A DNA stretch of 64,000 bases from the human T2T-CHM13v2.0 reference genome, Homo sapiens, in NCBI RefSeq assembly GCF_009914755.1, contig NC_060939.1, one strand, 5' to 3'. How positions within the stretch are numbered: the first letter of the stretch is position 1; each line of letters starts with the position of its first letter. The notes under the pieces are model-generated. The model saw only the letters and a list, made by a program, of their open reading frames with translations. It was not told where the DNA came from and searched no databases. This document shows positions 26,070 to 40,118 of this stretch, in pieces. The position numbers and the translations under genes were made by a program.

Positions 26070-29000
26070 TATAAAAGTAAAATTTTCTTCTCTTATCAAC
26101 CAGAGATAACTACTATTAATTATACAGCATACTTCCTTGTAGCTTTTTCATTGCATATATATAATATATGCCAAATCGGGATCATGCTACTTTTTTAAGT
26201 TAAAATTATATTGAGTAACGTTTCTGTGCAGAAAATATTCCTTCAAGCTTTCATTTATTTATTGCATAAAACCCATTATACGTTTATACATGTAAATTGC
26301 TAACATTTTTTGCTCTTATAAGGATAACACTATATAATACACATCCTGTGTATAAAGTTTGTAAGCATGCTGCTTATTTCAGGAAGGTAAATTTATAAAA
26401 ATAGAATTACTAAATCAAAATGCATGTATATTCTTGGCTCTTGACCTTTTGACAATAGTTTTAAAAATTGCTTTGAAGATATTTTTGATAATTTACACTT
26501 CCACCTATAGATAAGACAACCATATCTGGACAAGTATTATTAAATAATTTTATGTATCATTGCCCTTTTGTTAGGAAATAAAAAAGTTATTGCACTCTTT
26601 TTTTAACCTGTTTCCTCTTTAATCTACTGTTCAGTTGAAAATATATTCATTAAACAATTGTTTATTGAACACTTACAGCCCTTCATATGCAAAGTTTCTG
26701 TAATATCTTTTGGATATTCAGTTAGAATGTTGACAATTTTGTGCACTGGTTTTTAGTAACTCTCTGAATATAAATAATATTATTGTTTTTGGTTTACTGT
26801 AAATATGTTTCCCATTTTGTCATTTGTGTCATTTTTTTCTTAGGGTTATGTAAAATAATAAAATTGTATATATTTGTATACTATCTGTACTTTTTCCACT
26901 TGTTTTATATATTAGCAATTATTTCTCTATCCTGAGACTAAATAACACAATTTCTCTTAAGTCTCAGGTTAGTGGAAGAATTACTCCATGTATCACTGCA
27001 ATACAAATATTTAACTTACTTTGGAAATAATATTTGATGTTTGTAAGATGAATCTTAGAATAATAGGTCACTTTTCCATGTATTTGAAATGCTTTCACTA
27101 TTATATTGCAGGTTGAAACACACACACACACGTACACACACAAGCAGACAGAAATACCTCTACTTTAGAATCATAAACCCTTTTTAAAAATAATTCAAAA
27201 TATATATTCCCTGATAACTTCTCATTTTAATTATTGTGGTTTTATATTTTAATATATTGTAAAGTAAGTATGCTTCTATTACTGTACTTTTTCAAATGTC
27301 TTACTTATTTTCATCTATTTATTCTTCTAGATTAAAATGATTTTACAAGTTTTAGAACACTCTATCAGAAATTGAATTAAACCTATAAACTAATTTGAAA
27401 TACAGGAACATCAGTATATATGTATATGCATGTGTATTTATATACATATATATCATTTATTAAAGCTTCTTTTGTCTCTCTTTGTAAGGTTCTATTATTT
27501 AACCGTGTTTACATATATTTCAGCTTAGGTTAGCTCTAAGTATCTTATGTGTTTCAGACTCCTGTGCAATCTTACATTTTTTTTCTAATTCTTTGGATTT
27601 GTATTGAGAACTTATACAAAAGATATTGATTTTTCTGTACTTACCAATTATCCTGTTGCTTTACAAAATGCTGTTAGCTCTTAGTGTTTCAGTTGCTTTC
27701 CAAAGAATCGTTAGGTACATTATCAAATTATTTTCAAATCATGAGGGCGTTTTTTGTCTCTTTCTACTATACCTTGTAAACATTTCTACTTAATATATTA
27801 GCATATTGACTAGAAGTTATGAAAAAATTCAGTAATTAACATGTAGTATGTATTATAGTTATGTTTCTGACTGATGGAAATTTTTAAAAATTTCATCCAT
27901 TTAATACGTTATATTGGCTGGTATTTCTATGCATTTATGTTAAGAACGTTATGTTTTTCTTAAAGTAGTAGGTTTTGAATAGGAGTTTCCTTTTTCTGTG
28001 TATAGCTTTTTGCTTTCTTTTGTTTTACTTATTTATTATTATAAGTTGGTGATAAAGTCTATGGATTTTGGCTTCTGTTGAGGTTCTCATAGCTTTTGTT
28101 TGGTCTTTAGGTATGTATGTGTTTACCCATATGAAGCCTCTTAAATATTCCTGGGATCACCACTGTTTATTTTCAATGATGATTATTTTACAATATTATT
28201 ATTATTGAATGGCTCTGGTGTTTGAAAAATCTATATTAACATCTTGCTCTTTCCTTGTTTGTTTGTAACCTTGAATCATTTATTTAATATTGTTAACATT
28301 TAGCTGTCTTCTGTAAAATGGGAATAATAATGACATCTACTAACAGGTGGATATAAAGATTATCTGAGATAAAGCATTCTTAACCCATTGTCTGTCAGAT
28401 AACAAGAACACAATAAATAATGTAACAATGGTAGTGGTAGTTGTAGGAGAATTGGTATTTTTCCTAGAATTTTTGTAGTTTACTCTTATAAGATATAATA
28501 ATACATAGTTGTCTTTTCATGTCATCCCTCAGGTTTTCAGAACAAGATTGTGCCAGCTTCAGGAAATGGTTTTTGAATTTCTCCATATTTGTTACAGACA
28601 ACTTAAATGGTATGAAAATTATATATTCCATGGAAGTCTAAAATAATTCATGGTCCTAGAACCTATATTTTATAAAATTTGAAAATATTTTTTAAATTTG
28701 TTTTATGTTCATTGATCTTTTCTGGTTGTTCAATACCTTCTTAATCCCTTCTTTACCTAGCTTTTCAATTCCCCAAAGACTCAGCATTACAGCCTTTCTC
28801 TCAATTAATTTTGCTTATCTATGCTTTAAGTCTTGTCTCTTTGATTGGCTCTATAGGCTAAAAACTTTTATTTATTGATCAGTGGCATATATCTATATTT
28901 GGTTTTGATAATATTTTCTTTTTCTTTACTGTCCTCCTATTTTTTGTTTTTCTTCTTAATATTTTTGCAATATTTGATATTATTTCTCTTTTTGAAGAAT

Positions 29001-29070
29001 AAAATCACTGGTTGCTATGATTTATCCTAGAGTATGGCTTTGGTCTTATCCCGTAATTGTATTTTCTCAA
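26070..29070 (-). mobile_element. Highly decayed L1ME remnants
   Basis: ccagagataactactattaat; aatttacacttccacc; T-rich antisense ORF2-like texture. Confidence 0.55.
28205..28430 (+). mobile_element. MIR
   Basis: tgtaaccttg...ctgtaaaatgggaataataatg...caataaat. Confidence 0.7.
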
Positions 29071-29464
29071 ATCCTTCTAGCTATGCAGCTGGTTTGAGCC
29101 TTATCTTCTTGGTGATTTTTGGAAGGTAAATCATTTGGGCTCATGAGGAACAGAGGAGCCAAACCACTATTGAGAAGATTGCTGTTCACCATTTTGACAA
29201 CCACACAAGCCACAGATGATACTCTCAGGTAGTTTAGCCTGTAAGAAGAGTATTTGTGGATCACAGATTTAAACATACAGTTAGAATTTTGACTTTCCTC
29301 TCTCTTGTCTATGTCTCTTCTTACTCAGGAATTAATTACATATTATAATAGGTCTTTAGGGGTATAGGACTGAACGATACCTGGTTTCTGACCTTAGGAA
29401 GCTCCCAGCCTAGTGGAAGAAACATACAAGCAAACCCTTTGGAATGGTCTTTATCCACAGACAG

Positions 29465-29972
29465 TGTACTAGTTTCCCTTTGCTGCTGTAACAAATTACC
29501 ACAAATTTAGTGGCTTAAAACAATACACATTTATCCTCTTAGAGTTCTGGATGTCAGCAGTCAAACCTGAGTCTCACAAGTTAAAACCAAGGTGATAGAG
29601 GTCTGCGTTCCTTTCTGGAGACTAAACCTAATCTGTTACCTTGCCTTTTTCAGATTCTAAAGCCTGCCTCCATTCTCTGGCTGTGGCCCCTTCCTCCATC
29701 TTCAAATCTAGCAATTCTGCGAAAATCTTTCTTATGATGCATTTCTCTGGTTCCAACTCCTCTGCCTCCCCTTTCACCATTTAAGGACCCTCTGATTAAA
29801 CTGGACTCACCCAGAAAATCCAGGGTAATCTTTTCATTTTAACATCAGCTGATTGGCAACCTTGCTTCCATCTGCTACCTGAATTCCCTTAGCCATGTAA
29901 GGTAATATATTCACAAGTTCTGGAGAAGAAGACATGTACTTCTTTGGAGTGACAGAGGGACTAGCTACTACA
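29465..29972 (-). mobile_element. MLT1D-like MaLR solo LTR
   Basis: tgtactagtttcc..gctgctgtaacaaattaccacaaatttagtggcttaaaacaa...gccatgtaaggtaatatattcaca. Confidence 0.88.
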
Positions 29973-31037
29973 CACTGGAAGAATCAAATATTCAATATGA
30001 GGATATTGACACAAGGAAGAACACATACAAGAATTTTATGTAAAAGGGGTCTAAGAATGACCAGGAGTTAATGCGGTAAAGAGAGCATGAAAGAACATTT
30101 CAATCCCCAGGAACAGTGCGAGCAAAGGAATGAAGTGAAGAGAGGAAATCAAGTCTGGGTTATCGGACTTACTGCTGAGTGATTTTACAGCTTGGAAGTA
30201 ACACTTCTCTGGTAGCCAGGTTCTCCAGAAGTGTGCTTGTGAGCTCACAGGTTTGTCATTGGTTCTGTTTAGGGTCCAATGTTGCATGTCATTCATTCTC
30301 TTCTTTCCTCCAGACGGGAAGTTCTCAATTAGTGTTACAATGGGATGGGACCCATATATTGGAAATAAAGCTATAGAGGAAAAGGTTGGAGATTGCATTT
30401 ATGTACAGATTTGGGAGTGTCTGTCAACTCAGTAATGGCTAACATGTCATACATACACGTGGCAAAGATAGTAAAGACAGCAAATAACAAGTACAACAGA
30501 AGCCATTGAGGTGGTCATAAAAGAACACACACAAATGTATGCAGATATTTAGTAAGCGCTCATGACAAAACAGTATATAATTTGCGGAAAAATTTTCAAA
30601 TCTAGGCAACACCTCTATGTTTCACTGTCACTGAGGCATGTTAAGCAACTCTCATTTACATGTGAACTCCACAGTGCCCATAATCTTAAACTTGATTTGT
30701 AAGATTGTAATACCCATCAGCACCCTTACTCTAATCTAAGAAATTCTGGGAATGAAGAGCAAATAGGCAATATAAAGTCTATCTGAATATTTAGACAAAG
30801 AAGAAGTACTTCACTTGTTGCACTAGAAGTAAAGCAACAATTAATTAACACAGGCAATAGGAATTTCTCCTGCCATACCACTTCTACATCTTCTGGGTGA
30901 CAAGGACCCACTATTCTTTTCAGGAAATGTATTTGACTTTTACTTCGGTATAAACATATGTGAAATAAATAACTTATATTATTTATTTATTATGATGTAT
31001 AAACATATGTTTATACCTGAAATAAAAGTCAAATGGC

Positions 31038-31342
<305 letters not shown>

Positions 31343-32656
31343 TCAGACTGTTCCTGAAGTTTTGCTCCTTATTTTCGTGTGACCACAAATTCTTTTTGTT
31401 CATTCAGTCTTAAGTTACCTTCTCCTGGTAAACTCATGACCCCTCACCCACTGGAGTTTGTTCTAACTTCCTATCTATGACCAACTTCAAAGTGTCGACC
31501 ATGTGGAGATTTCCTTCTTGACTTCCATTATTCCAGCCACTTGCATGGGGCCAGCAATAGTCTCTCCTTGGTGTTAGCCAGCAGGACTCTGTCAGGCTCA
31601 ACTAAATTCCGAGTGTCCCACATAAAATAAAAATTTCTGGCATGTCTTTGATCTTCTACCATATTCCCTGTTTTCGGTAATCAAATGTGTTTAACAATTT
31701 GCTTAACCACATGATAAATCGAAAAACATTGTTGCCCTGTTAATATTACGTTAATGCAAATAATAACTCAAAAGGCAAAAATCTGTGGTGTTCAAAATTT
31801 CTTCTGTAAAATTTCCATACAGCGATACTTTTAAAACTTGACAAAGAAATCTGGCTCTCCTTTTTGCTTGCCCCAGCCTTCCTTTCTTCTTCCCTCTTGT
31901 CCCCATTTTTAAGGGCCCATTGTGCTCCAAGCACTGTGGTCTGATTAAGGATATGTTCAGCTTGATAAGTACAGAACGTTATTGTCAAGGTTCTGTTCTT
32001 TGAATTTTTATGACGCAGAACTTAGAGACCAAGAAAGTCAAAGAAGAAAGGGACTGAAGAATGTCAAGGAAATGACCTAGCACTACAAGCCATAAAGTAA
32101 TGACAGTTTCAAGGGGAAGAATAGAGAGAAAGAGGAATCATGTGGAGAGGAAGAAGGTGGGGAGTTAAGGAGAGAATTTGGTAAGTAATGACCTGAGAAA
32201 AGACGTGCTAGAGTAACTCTGGGATCAAAGAAAGATGAACAGCCAGAAAAAGGAGATTTTTTTTTAATGTTTCTAAGTACTTCATATTCTGATGCCCTGT
32301 GAGTAAAATAAGGAGTTTCTTTTTAATTAGGCTGTTCCGTTAAACTTTGTCTTTTGCACATGCCGTAGCTCTGAGACTGACTATATAGATTTATGAATGC
32401 AGAGAAAATATAACTAAAACAAAACATCTGGCCAGTCTACGACATAATGCCTGTTATATTTTATAATTCTGTCTGAATAAATATATTTAGAACAAATAAT
32501 ATGACTTATCTTCATTAATTTCTTGAAATAGTTTGAGGACCTAAACTTTTAGCATTTTTAATACTTATAAATTTTGTTTGTCCCATAGTATGTAAGTATG
32601 TACAACAAGTTTTCTGAGTTTCATTCTCTCCACTTTGGGCCTGTTGCATGTGGGGG

Positions 32657-32657
32657 T

Positions 32658-32698
<41 letters not shown>
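32657..32698. repeat. (TG)n microsatellite
   Basis: Direct reading. Confidence 0.97.
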
Positions 32699-32699
<1 letters not shown>

Positions 32700-34114
32700 C
32701 TGTGGTCTCAGAATCAAGAACTAGCTTGAGTATTTAACCAACTCAACATGCAAGGTTATATGGTCTCAATTTTACTCATGATAAACTTATGACAAAGTAC
32801 TTTGTTTTGGCTCATAATAAATATGTGTGTTTCAGCTCCCTTCTTAAGAGACAATGGTGTTAAAATTTAAATTTCACCCCCTCAGTATCATTTTGCCTAA
32901 GGCTTCTTTGAAAAAAATAAAAGCAAAAATATCTGGCTTCACCTCAGCCATCTTCTCTGCCTCTGCCCACCCCCAACCCCAGCCTTTTTATTCTCAATTC
33001 TCACTTCCCTTTTCAGGTTATAGCCAACAGGAATAGATCTGACAACTGAAATTCTTATGGGTAAAGGCATTGTGGACAAATACAAACTCACACACAATGG
33101 GTTCCAAAGTAAGTACGCCTGCAATCCAGGTGGGAAGGATTTCTATGGCCATGCTACTTTTGCTGTCTCTGCTTGACAAACACTCGTTGTTCATTTCAGA
33201 TAATTTATTTCTGCCCTGCATTAGAAGATGGGTGTCTGCTCAACCTAGATGAGGCTCAACAATATCTCAGAGGGTGAGCAAGGCTTTCTTCCCGGGGGCA
33301 GCTCCACACAGAAAACCGACAACCCACTTCCTGGGAAGAGGAGTGGAGAGCAGTTTCATGAAAACAAATGTGCTCTTCAAAGGTGCAAAGGTCTGGAAGA
33401 GAGAGAAAGTAGATGGGGAGGGGGGTGAAATTGAAAACAATGTATTTTTCCTTCATTGCCAATCATTTTGCACTGATGTTTCTCACTCACTGGATCAATG
33501 GCATTAATTGTTTCAGGAGGATTTCAGATGCCATCTAGGACAAAGAAGTCATTGCTCAGCTAGAATTTCAAACTAACTTTGTTTTTAAGTTCATGATATT
33601 AAAAGCCTAGCTTTGTTGAATTAATAAACGATTTCTAAATCCCAAGGAACATCTTTCAGCATATCCCTAGAGAAGCTCTGGGGACTGACTACAGAGGTTT
33701 ACTGTAAGCCATTGAAACCTAAAGAACGTTGCAACAAACAGAATGAGAAAGCTTGCTGGGGCTGGGAGGAACTTGGAGTAATTTAGAGGCACAAGTCTAA
33801 GGCTAAGATGTTTTTCTGAGTCCTTTCAAAGAAGAGCAATCCCATGTTCAGATATGGTGACGAGGTAATTCACCTCCTATTTGGGGCTTAGGGCTCTTTG
33901 CAATAGAGTAGAAGTTGCAATGGGCAGATACAGGAAGAATCAGTCTGGGATAGTACATCTGGCTCCCCACTGCCTGTATTTATCTGGGGCATAGAGAATG
34001 ATTTGATGTGGCTGGAACATAGGTGATGGATTAGGGTGAGCAGTAAAAGCCTGGAAAATTGCTTGCCATTCTCAAAAATTTGGCCACCCCCCTCTTCTCT
34101 TCTTCTGATAGTCT

Positions 34115-34520
34115 CTTCCCTTCTCACTGCTTTAAATGTCATCTGTTTGCAGGGGACACCCAAGTTTATATCTCCTAAGCACCTCCCAAGAGATCTGAAG
34201 TCATATATGTATATGTATATGTATGTGTATACGTATATGTATATGTATATATAAAATTGCCTACTTGACATCTCAACTGGGATATGTCATAGGCATCTCA
34301 ACTGGGACATGTCATAGGCATCTCAAAGTTAATATGTCCAATATTTGAATTTTTATTCTTCTGTAGGACACTTTTCCGTCCCAGGCTTAGTCATATCCAT
34401 AAAGGGTGCCAGTATCCCCAGCTGCTTAAGGCAAAATTCTTAGCGCCTTTCTTGGCTCCCTGCCTTCACTGTCTCCTCACATCCCACCCATCAGCAGTTC
34501 TTGACTTGGTCATTGCCACT
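34115..34520 (+). mobile_element. L2 fragment with internal (TATATG)n and a 25-bp tandem duplication
   Basis: gcctacttgacatctc..gtcataggcatctcaaagttaatatgtcca is a classic L2 motif. Confidence 0.75.
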
Positions 34521-34864
34521 CTAGTACAGGAAAAATTTAAGTAAGGAAATCCTAAACTACGACAGAGAGAGTAAAATGGAGTAACGAGGGCATGTCTTAC
34601 GGCTTGATAACTGTACAGAGAGGACGAGGGAGAGACAAGAGTTGAAGGTATTAGTTGCATGGGCGGATACAAGGGTCGCCCAAATGAATACTACGGGAGA
34701 AGCCGATTCGGGCACATTGCATGTGAAGAATATGAGTGACCTACAGACACAGGCATTTATCAGGCAGTTATACAGCCATGCCTGCTACTAAAAGGGAAAT
34801 GAGAGCTAAAAACACAGATCTTTATAGCTACTAGCTGCTTCAGTGATGCAAGTGAATTTCAACC

Positions 34865-35031
34865 TAGATTCTCAGATCTTTCATCACCTGGAAAAACTTG
34901 TAAAAGCACAGATTCCTTGGCCCACTCCATCATGGTTTATATTCAGCATGTCAGGTAAGGTGGCCAAGACCTGCATGGTTAGAAAGCCCCCTGAGGAAAT
35001 CTGACGTGTGTCCAGTTTTGGAAACCAATGG
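34865..35031. mobile_element. MER5-type hAT-Charlie DNA transposon within an antisense L2 remnant
   Basis: atcacctgg..cttgtaaaa..cagattcc..gcccac...tctga..ccagttttggaaaccaatg. Confidence 0.6.
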
Positions 35032-36729
35032 ATTGGGCCACACTGGGGAATGCTGTGTAAAGAGCAAATGGCAAAGATACTGGTCTTTGTAGAACCCAGC
35101 TTTAAGGATCGAGCTTGGAGAAAGAGGAGCTTGTAAAAAGAGACTCTAAAGGAATGATCCGACAGGTTGATGGGGCAGCCACAGAGAGAGATGTCAGAGA
35201 ATGAGCCTCTTTATCCTCTTTTGTACCATGATTCATGACTACATTATCATTTTCCCAGTATTATTTTCTCAAAGCTAAAAATGTTCCTTTTCTATAGACT
35301 ACTTCTCTGTAGACTATTTTTTTACGGTATCCTATTGAGTGAAAAAAGCATTTTATTAAAAGCAGTAATTTGTTACTGCTCTAAATGATCTTTTATAGTT
35401 TCTAAAACACAGTGTCTTCTTGATAAAGCAGGTCTGAGAGTGAAGTATTAAGCTACTGGAAGTCCTTGCCAATGAACAAAGACATAAAACATAATGTGAC
35501 TAAGTCTGCTAATGCAAAATGGCTGGGTTGTATTTGCTAATTAGTTTGCTGCTGTTAGCACCTTTCACCTTTTTTTGTTTCTTTGGTAGGTTTCTTCTTG
35601 AAAAAAATTAGATTACTTGCAAAAATAATTTTTGAGATTCAAACCAAAGCCATAACTTTGTGTAGGCAGAATTTACACAATGGCGTTCTAAAATATCTTT
35701 CCCTTTTCTTCAGCAAGGTGATGCTCACTGAATGAACCATAGGTTAACTTCTCTGCAAAATCAGAGTGCACAGATGATGAGACATTTTATTTTTACTCTT
35801 TTGCACTTCCTCAGGCCATACCTGACCCTTTACAGCTAATGTGATCTGAAAGTGAGGAAATGAAGGTATTTGGATGTAAATGCTCAGCCACCTCCACACC
35901 TGGGTTTGCACACACCTGAGTGAGGATGCTGTCTTGTATCTCTGTCCTTCCTGTTAAAGACAACTGAGAAAGACCTTGGAGGACGACAAAATCCTCCAAT
36001 ATGTTGTCACTGAAAAGCTGTCGGAAATTTCACAGCTGACAGCGTTGCATCTAATTACTGAATTATTAAAAGGAAGGCATCTGCCTAAGAAGCAACCTCC
36101 TGTCACTCAAAAAGATAAATTCAAGTGAAAAGCAGAGGTACAATTAGGTCATCTCACTCACTTTTGCAGATAAATTTGAAATATTCAAACTCAAGAGGCA
36201 AGGAAACTTAATTGCGTCTGGTACCCTCTTTAAGAGTAACTTGAAATATTAAGGCAAGTGCATTTTCAGTCCTTGCATTAGTTGCTGGGAGCAACAGTCT
36301 GAGCCTTCTGCTAATTTATATTTTTGTTTCAGGCCCAAAGTGTCTCTTTGAACTTAGACTCATTTTTTTTAGTGACCCATTCTCACAAAAATTGTACCTA
36401 TGAGATTTCAATAGAGGAAATAAGTAGGGGTCGTGGGGCACAGGGTAGGGGCCAAGGATGATTAGAAGGGCCACCGTATAAGACAGGCCATTTTGTTCAT
36501 AAGCCCCCTTTTTTTGCGTGTAGCTTTGAAATCATCTCACAGAAATCCGCTAGCTTCTCTTGGCCTGTCCATAGAGAAAGTCAATAGCTTGCATTTGTTC
36601 TGTTTTTGTATTTGTGTCCTCAAAAAACCACATTTCTTTGTGATCATATTAAGAATACAGTAAGAAATCTAAATTATTGAGCTTTCAATGTTTGCTAGTC
36701 TCTATATGTAAAAGCTTATTTTTTTTCTG

Positions 36730-36875
36730 TTTTATCGCATAGTATCTCTACAAGTTAGACAACAATCATTCATTCCATTTCAGAGAAGGGAAAAATGAGT
36801 CACAGGTAAGTAACTTGCATGCTCAAAATAACATGGCTAGAAAGTGGATGAGCCAGAGAATAGCACTAGTGTTTA
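36730..36875 (-). mobile_element. MIR
   Basis: ccatttcagagaagggaaaaatgagtcacaggtaagtaacttgc...acatggctagaaagtgg. Confidence 0.65.
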
Positions 36876-37984
36876 AACTATCTACGTGTCTTAATTAGTT
36901 ATTTCTTTTCTTTTAAAGGATTTTATAAAAAGATGTAAAGAGAATGGTAATTGTGGCAGCCTTTTTCAACTTCGTGTTGCAATTGGATGTCTATATTTTC
37001 TTAACTGAAGGAGAACATCAACTTTTAGCATAATTTCCTTGCCAGTCTTTACTTGGCCCCTGAGCCTCCCTTTGCACAGCACATCCAACTTTGCCTGCAT
37101 TACCTTTTCTCCATTTGTACCTCTACTAAGGCGGCAGATAAAAAAAAATAAAAAATAAAACAGGAATCCTTGCTTATTTGTACAACCCAGTTGGCATCTT
37201 TTTTCAGTTTCCACTCAATAAATATTTTTCAAACTAATGGAGTCCAACTCCTTCAACTGCAGAGTCCAACTCCTAATGATTGACTTTGTTTTGTGCTGCT
37301 TATGACAGGCTAAGGATATTTACCTGTATGACTACCAGACTACCCATGTCTCCAAGTCAGGCAGGATGACCCATTCTAGAGTATGTTTATGATGGAGACC
37401 TGGCTCTACGAAATGCATTCAGAAGCATGAAGTCTTCCAGGATGTTTAGTATTTGAAATTTGACCCTGAAGATAAGCTTCTCTAAAGAGACAAGAGGGAC
37501 TCATTGGCTCAGATTAAGGTCATGTGATTCTTTCCATGCTACTGAATTATATTTTAAAAATTATAAATATTTATATATATATATACAAAAATATATATTA
37601 TAAAATATGAATTAATAAATAAAAAAATAAGTAAATTTGTAAAGTGTCTAAATATTTATATTATATATATTATATATAATATATGTATTTCCCCTTCCTC
37701 ACGATGGTATTTAACATTCTTCTCTGTTTAAACCGAACAACGAATCAACTTAGACTCCAGAACCATGATGACATAATGGGTTCCATACAGTGTGTGTAGC
37801 CAAAATCCCTAGGTCTAGCTCTCAGTTCTGCTGCATAGCATCTGTGTGAACTTGTGCCTCAGTTTCCCAGTCTATACAATAATAACATATTTAAAAGTGA
37901 CATACTCACAATCCATAGAGCTGGAACTTAAACTCTGTGCCTCTGCTAGTTGCATTAAATGTTAATTTAATTTTTACCAGTTCA

Positions 37985-38085
37985 TCTACTTAAGGATCTG
38001 AACTTGGTCTTATTTATCTTTTCATTCACAGAACCTAGTACAATGTCTAGCACATAGTACCTGCTCAGTAAATTTATGTTGCATG
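37985..38085 (+). mobile_element. L2 3' end (MIR remnant just upstream, ~37770-37890)
   Basis: cctagtacaatgtctagcacatagtacctgctcagtaaatt. Confidence 0.65.
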
Positions 38086-38436
38086 GATTTTTATTATTGT
38101 TAAAAGTTTGGCCTAACATGAGAAAATTGCCAAAATTTTAAAGAAATAATATCTTATGGCCCTGTAGGCAAGATATTTTCTAGCAGTAAACAATGATCAG
38201 AATTCAGCTATTGAAAAATTATATTTTCTTCCAATATAATGAAACAAAAGCTTATAATGGCATGCTGAGTATAGCATGAAAGCCAGAAGCCTACAAACAT
38301 GTGAAAAATGTTAACATCACATTTTTAGGCTTATTAGAAACAGCCTAAATAATTACAGCAGTCAAATTACTGGTGGCTTTTGGCTCATGTCCAGGATGAA
38401 AGGTCATAACCCAACATACCAGAAGTTTTCCTGGCA

Positions 38437-38446
38437 TGATTGACAG
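38437..38446 (+). promoter_or_regulatory. Perfect PBX-PREP/MEIS decamer TGATTGACAG (candidate site)
   Basis: tgattgacag in apparently unique DNA; motif match only. Confidence 0.3.
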
Positions 38447-39184
38447 GAAGAGGAAATACACTGATACCTTTCACATGGGAATCACAGCTTGTTGCAAATA
38501 GAAGCAAAACACATATCTGGATTTTGTGGGAAAAGTTCATTGTGTTCTGATTCTAATTCTTTGTTCCCAAACTTGCTTAATTGTGATTTATTGGTATATG
38601 TGTGTGGGTGTGGATGTGGGGATGTGAAATGAAACAAATGCATACCACAGCAAAATAGAAATCATGCGCTGCTACTTAAAATTGTCATTGGATATATCCC
38701 TGTTTTCTCCTCATTGCAGTATCTATTGGATATTTTGGCCCTAGCCAGAAAGGAACCTATTTCTCACATGAATTTCTTTTTCAACTCCTAGATGGGAAAT
38801 TATGAATTTTGGAGTTTCCAGACAATTGTCTACAATCCACCCACATGAATACAGAAAGTACTACCCCCAGGACTGACGTAACAGGGTAGTCAATCACAGC
38901 CTGTCCTAAGTCTATAATATGTGCATGGGTATTCCCATGCTGCAGCTCTAGCTCTGTGCTCTGGATCTGTTGGTATTCCAATGATTCAACACTTGGAGTA
39001 AGAGAAGGTTTTATCTTATGTTGGGGATTTTTATTTGGAGGCAGATGGTATACTTCTCAGCTTCAGTTCCATAATGTTTGAGAAGACGTAGGTATTCACA
39101 AGATTCTATAAGCTAATTTATCAGCAGGGTCCATTTTGGGTCCAGGTGTGGCTCGTATGACATTTGGATGCTATTTTATTATAA

Positions 39185-39350
39185 GGCAAGAGTTTTCAAC
39201 CTCCACTGCACATTAGTCTCACCTGGGGAGCTATTAGCCACAACCATCCACACCTATTACACCTCTGAGCACTTGGGTGGGACCCCGACATCAGTGATTT
39301 ATATAGCTCCCAGGTGATTCCAATCTGCGATCAACACTAAGAACCACTAT
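39185..39350. mobile_element. MER5A-type DNA transposon
   Basis: ttttcaacct..ctgcacatta..tcacctggggagct...gctcccaggtgattc..aagaaccact. Confidence 0.7.
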
Positions 39351-39689
39351 TAGGTCATAATCCTCTCCATAGGCAGATGAAACTATATGTACATTATGCA
39401 TTATTGAGGTTTTCTAAAGCAGTCACTAGCTCATAAAGACTAAGTTGTCTTTAGACTTTTTGAGGAACAAAAATTACATTGCTTGCTCTTAAAATATAAA
39501 GAGGTTCATTTTAACTTGGAACGAACAACCTGAATCAATTTCCATTTCGTGTCCTTGGAATATAGAAAAAACTCTGATCATATTCATGTCTATATTTTGA
39601 AATATTTTTATTTAATATATTCTCATGTTTCATGAGAGAAAACCCTTTGAAGAGCCCACCAGAGTATGAGATACTGGGTCTTTGAATTC

Positions 39690-39990
39690 ATTTTTATTCA
39701 ATAATAATTTTTAAGTTCTTTTAACTTTCCTAGCAATAAGAGCTCCCAAATAGTGTCCATGCTACTAAAGAATTCACGATCAGTAGGAAAACCAGTTGTG
39801 TGTGCAATTAACTATAATACTATGAGATAATTGCACTAAATGAACTGTTTATTAAGTACTAGGTCGTATGAGCAAGGGAAGATCAGGGAAATTTCCAGGG
39901 AGAAATCAACGTTTATGCTAGTGCATGAAGGGTGCTTAGAGGGATCCCAGGTGGGCACCTGGGCAAGGACACGAGAAAGTTGCTAGATAG
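39690..39990 (-). mobile_element. L2 fragment
   Basis: tttattcaataataat...gaattcacgatcagtagg...aactataatac. Confidence 0.5.
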
Positions 39991-40118
39991 ATGAAATTTA
40001 CATTAGTTTTGGGATTGAAAAATATGCTGAAAGTGCCAGATCACTGAGAATTTTTACTAATAGCCCTGCTGTGAAAGACAAACTAACCTTCTCAGTGACT
40101 CAAAAGAAGTGGGGATGA

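Noticed and set aside
33017-33060. Possible 44-nt exon (tttcag|GTTATAG...TATGG|gtaaag); other splice-like sites at ~24754 and ~36805
   Set aside because: No recognisable peptide, no consistent exon chain, and such motifs are common.
37240-37273. Short direct repeats (gagtccaactcc twice; similar at ~42803 and ~63559)
   Set aside because: Isolated micro-duplications with no spacer array; not CRISPR-like.
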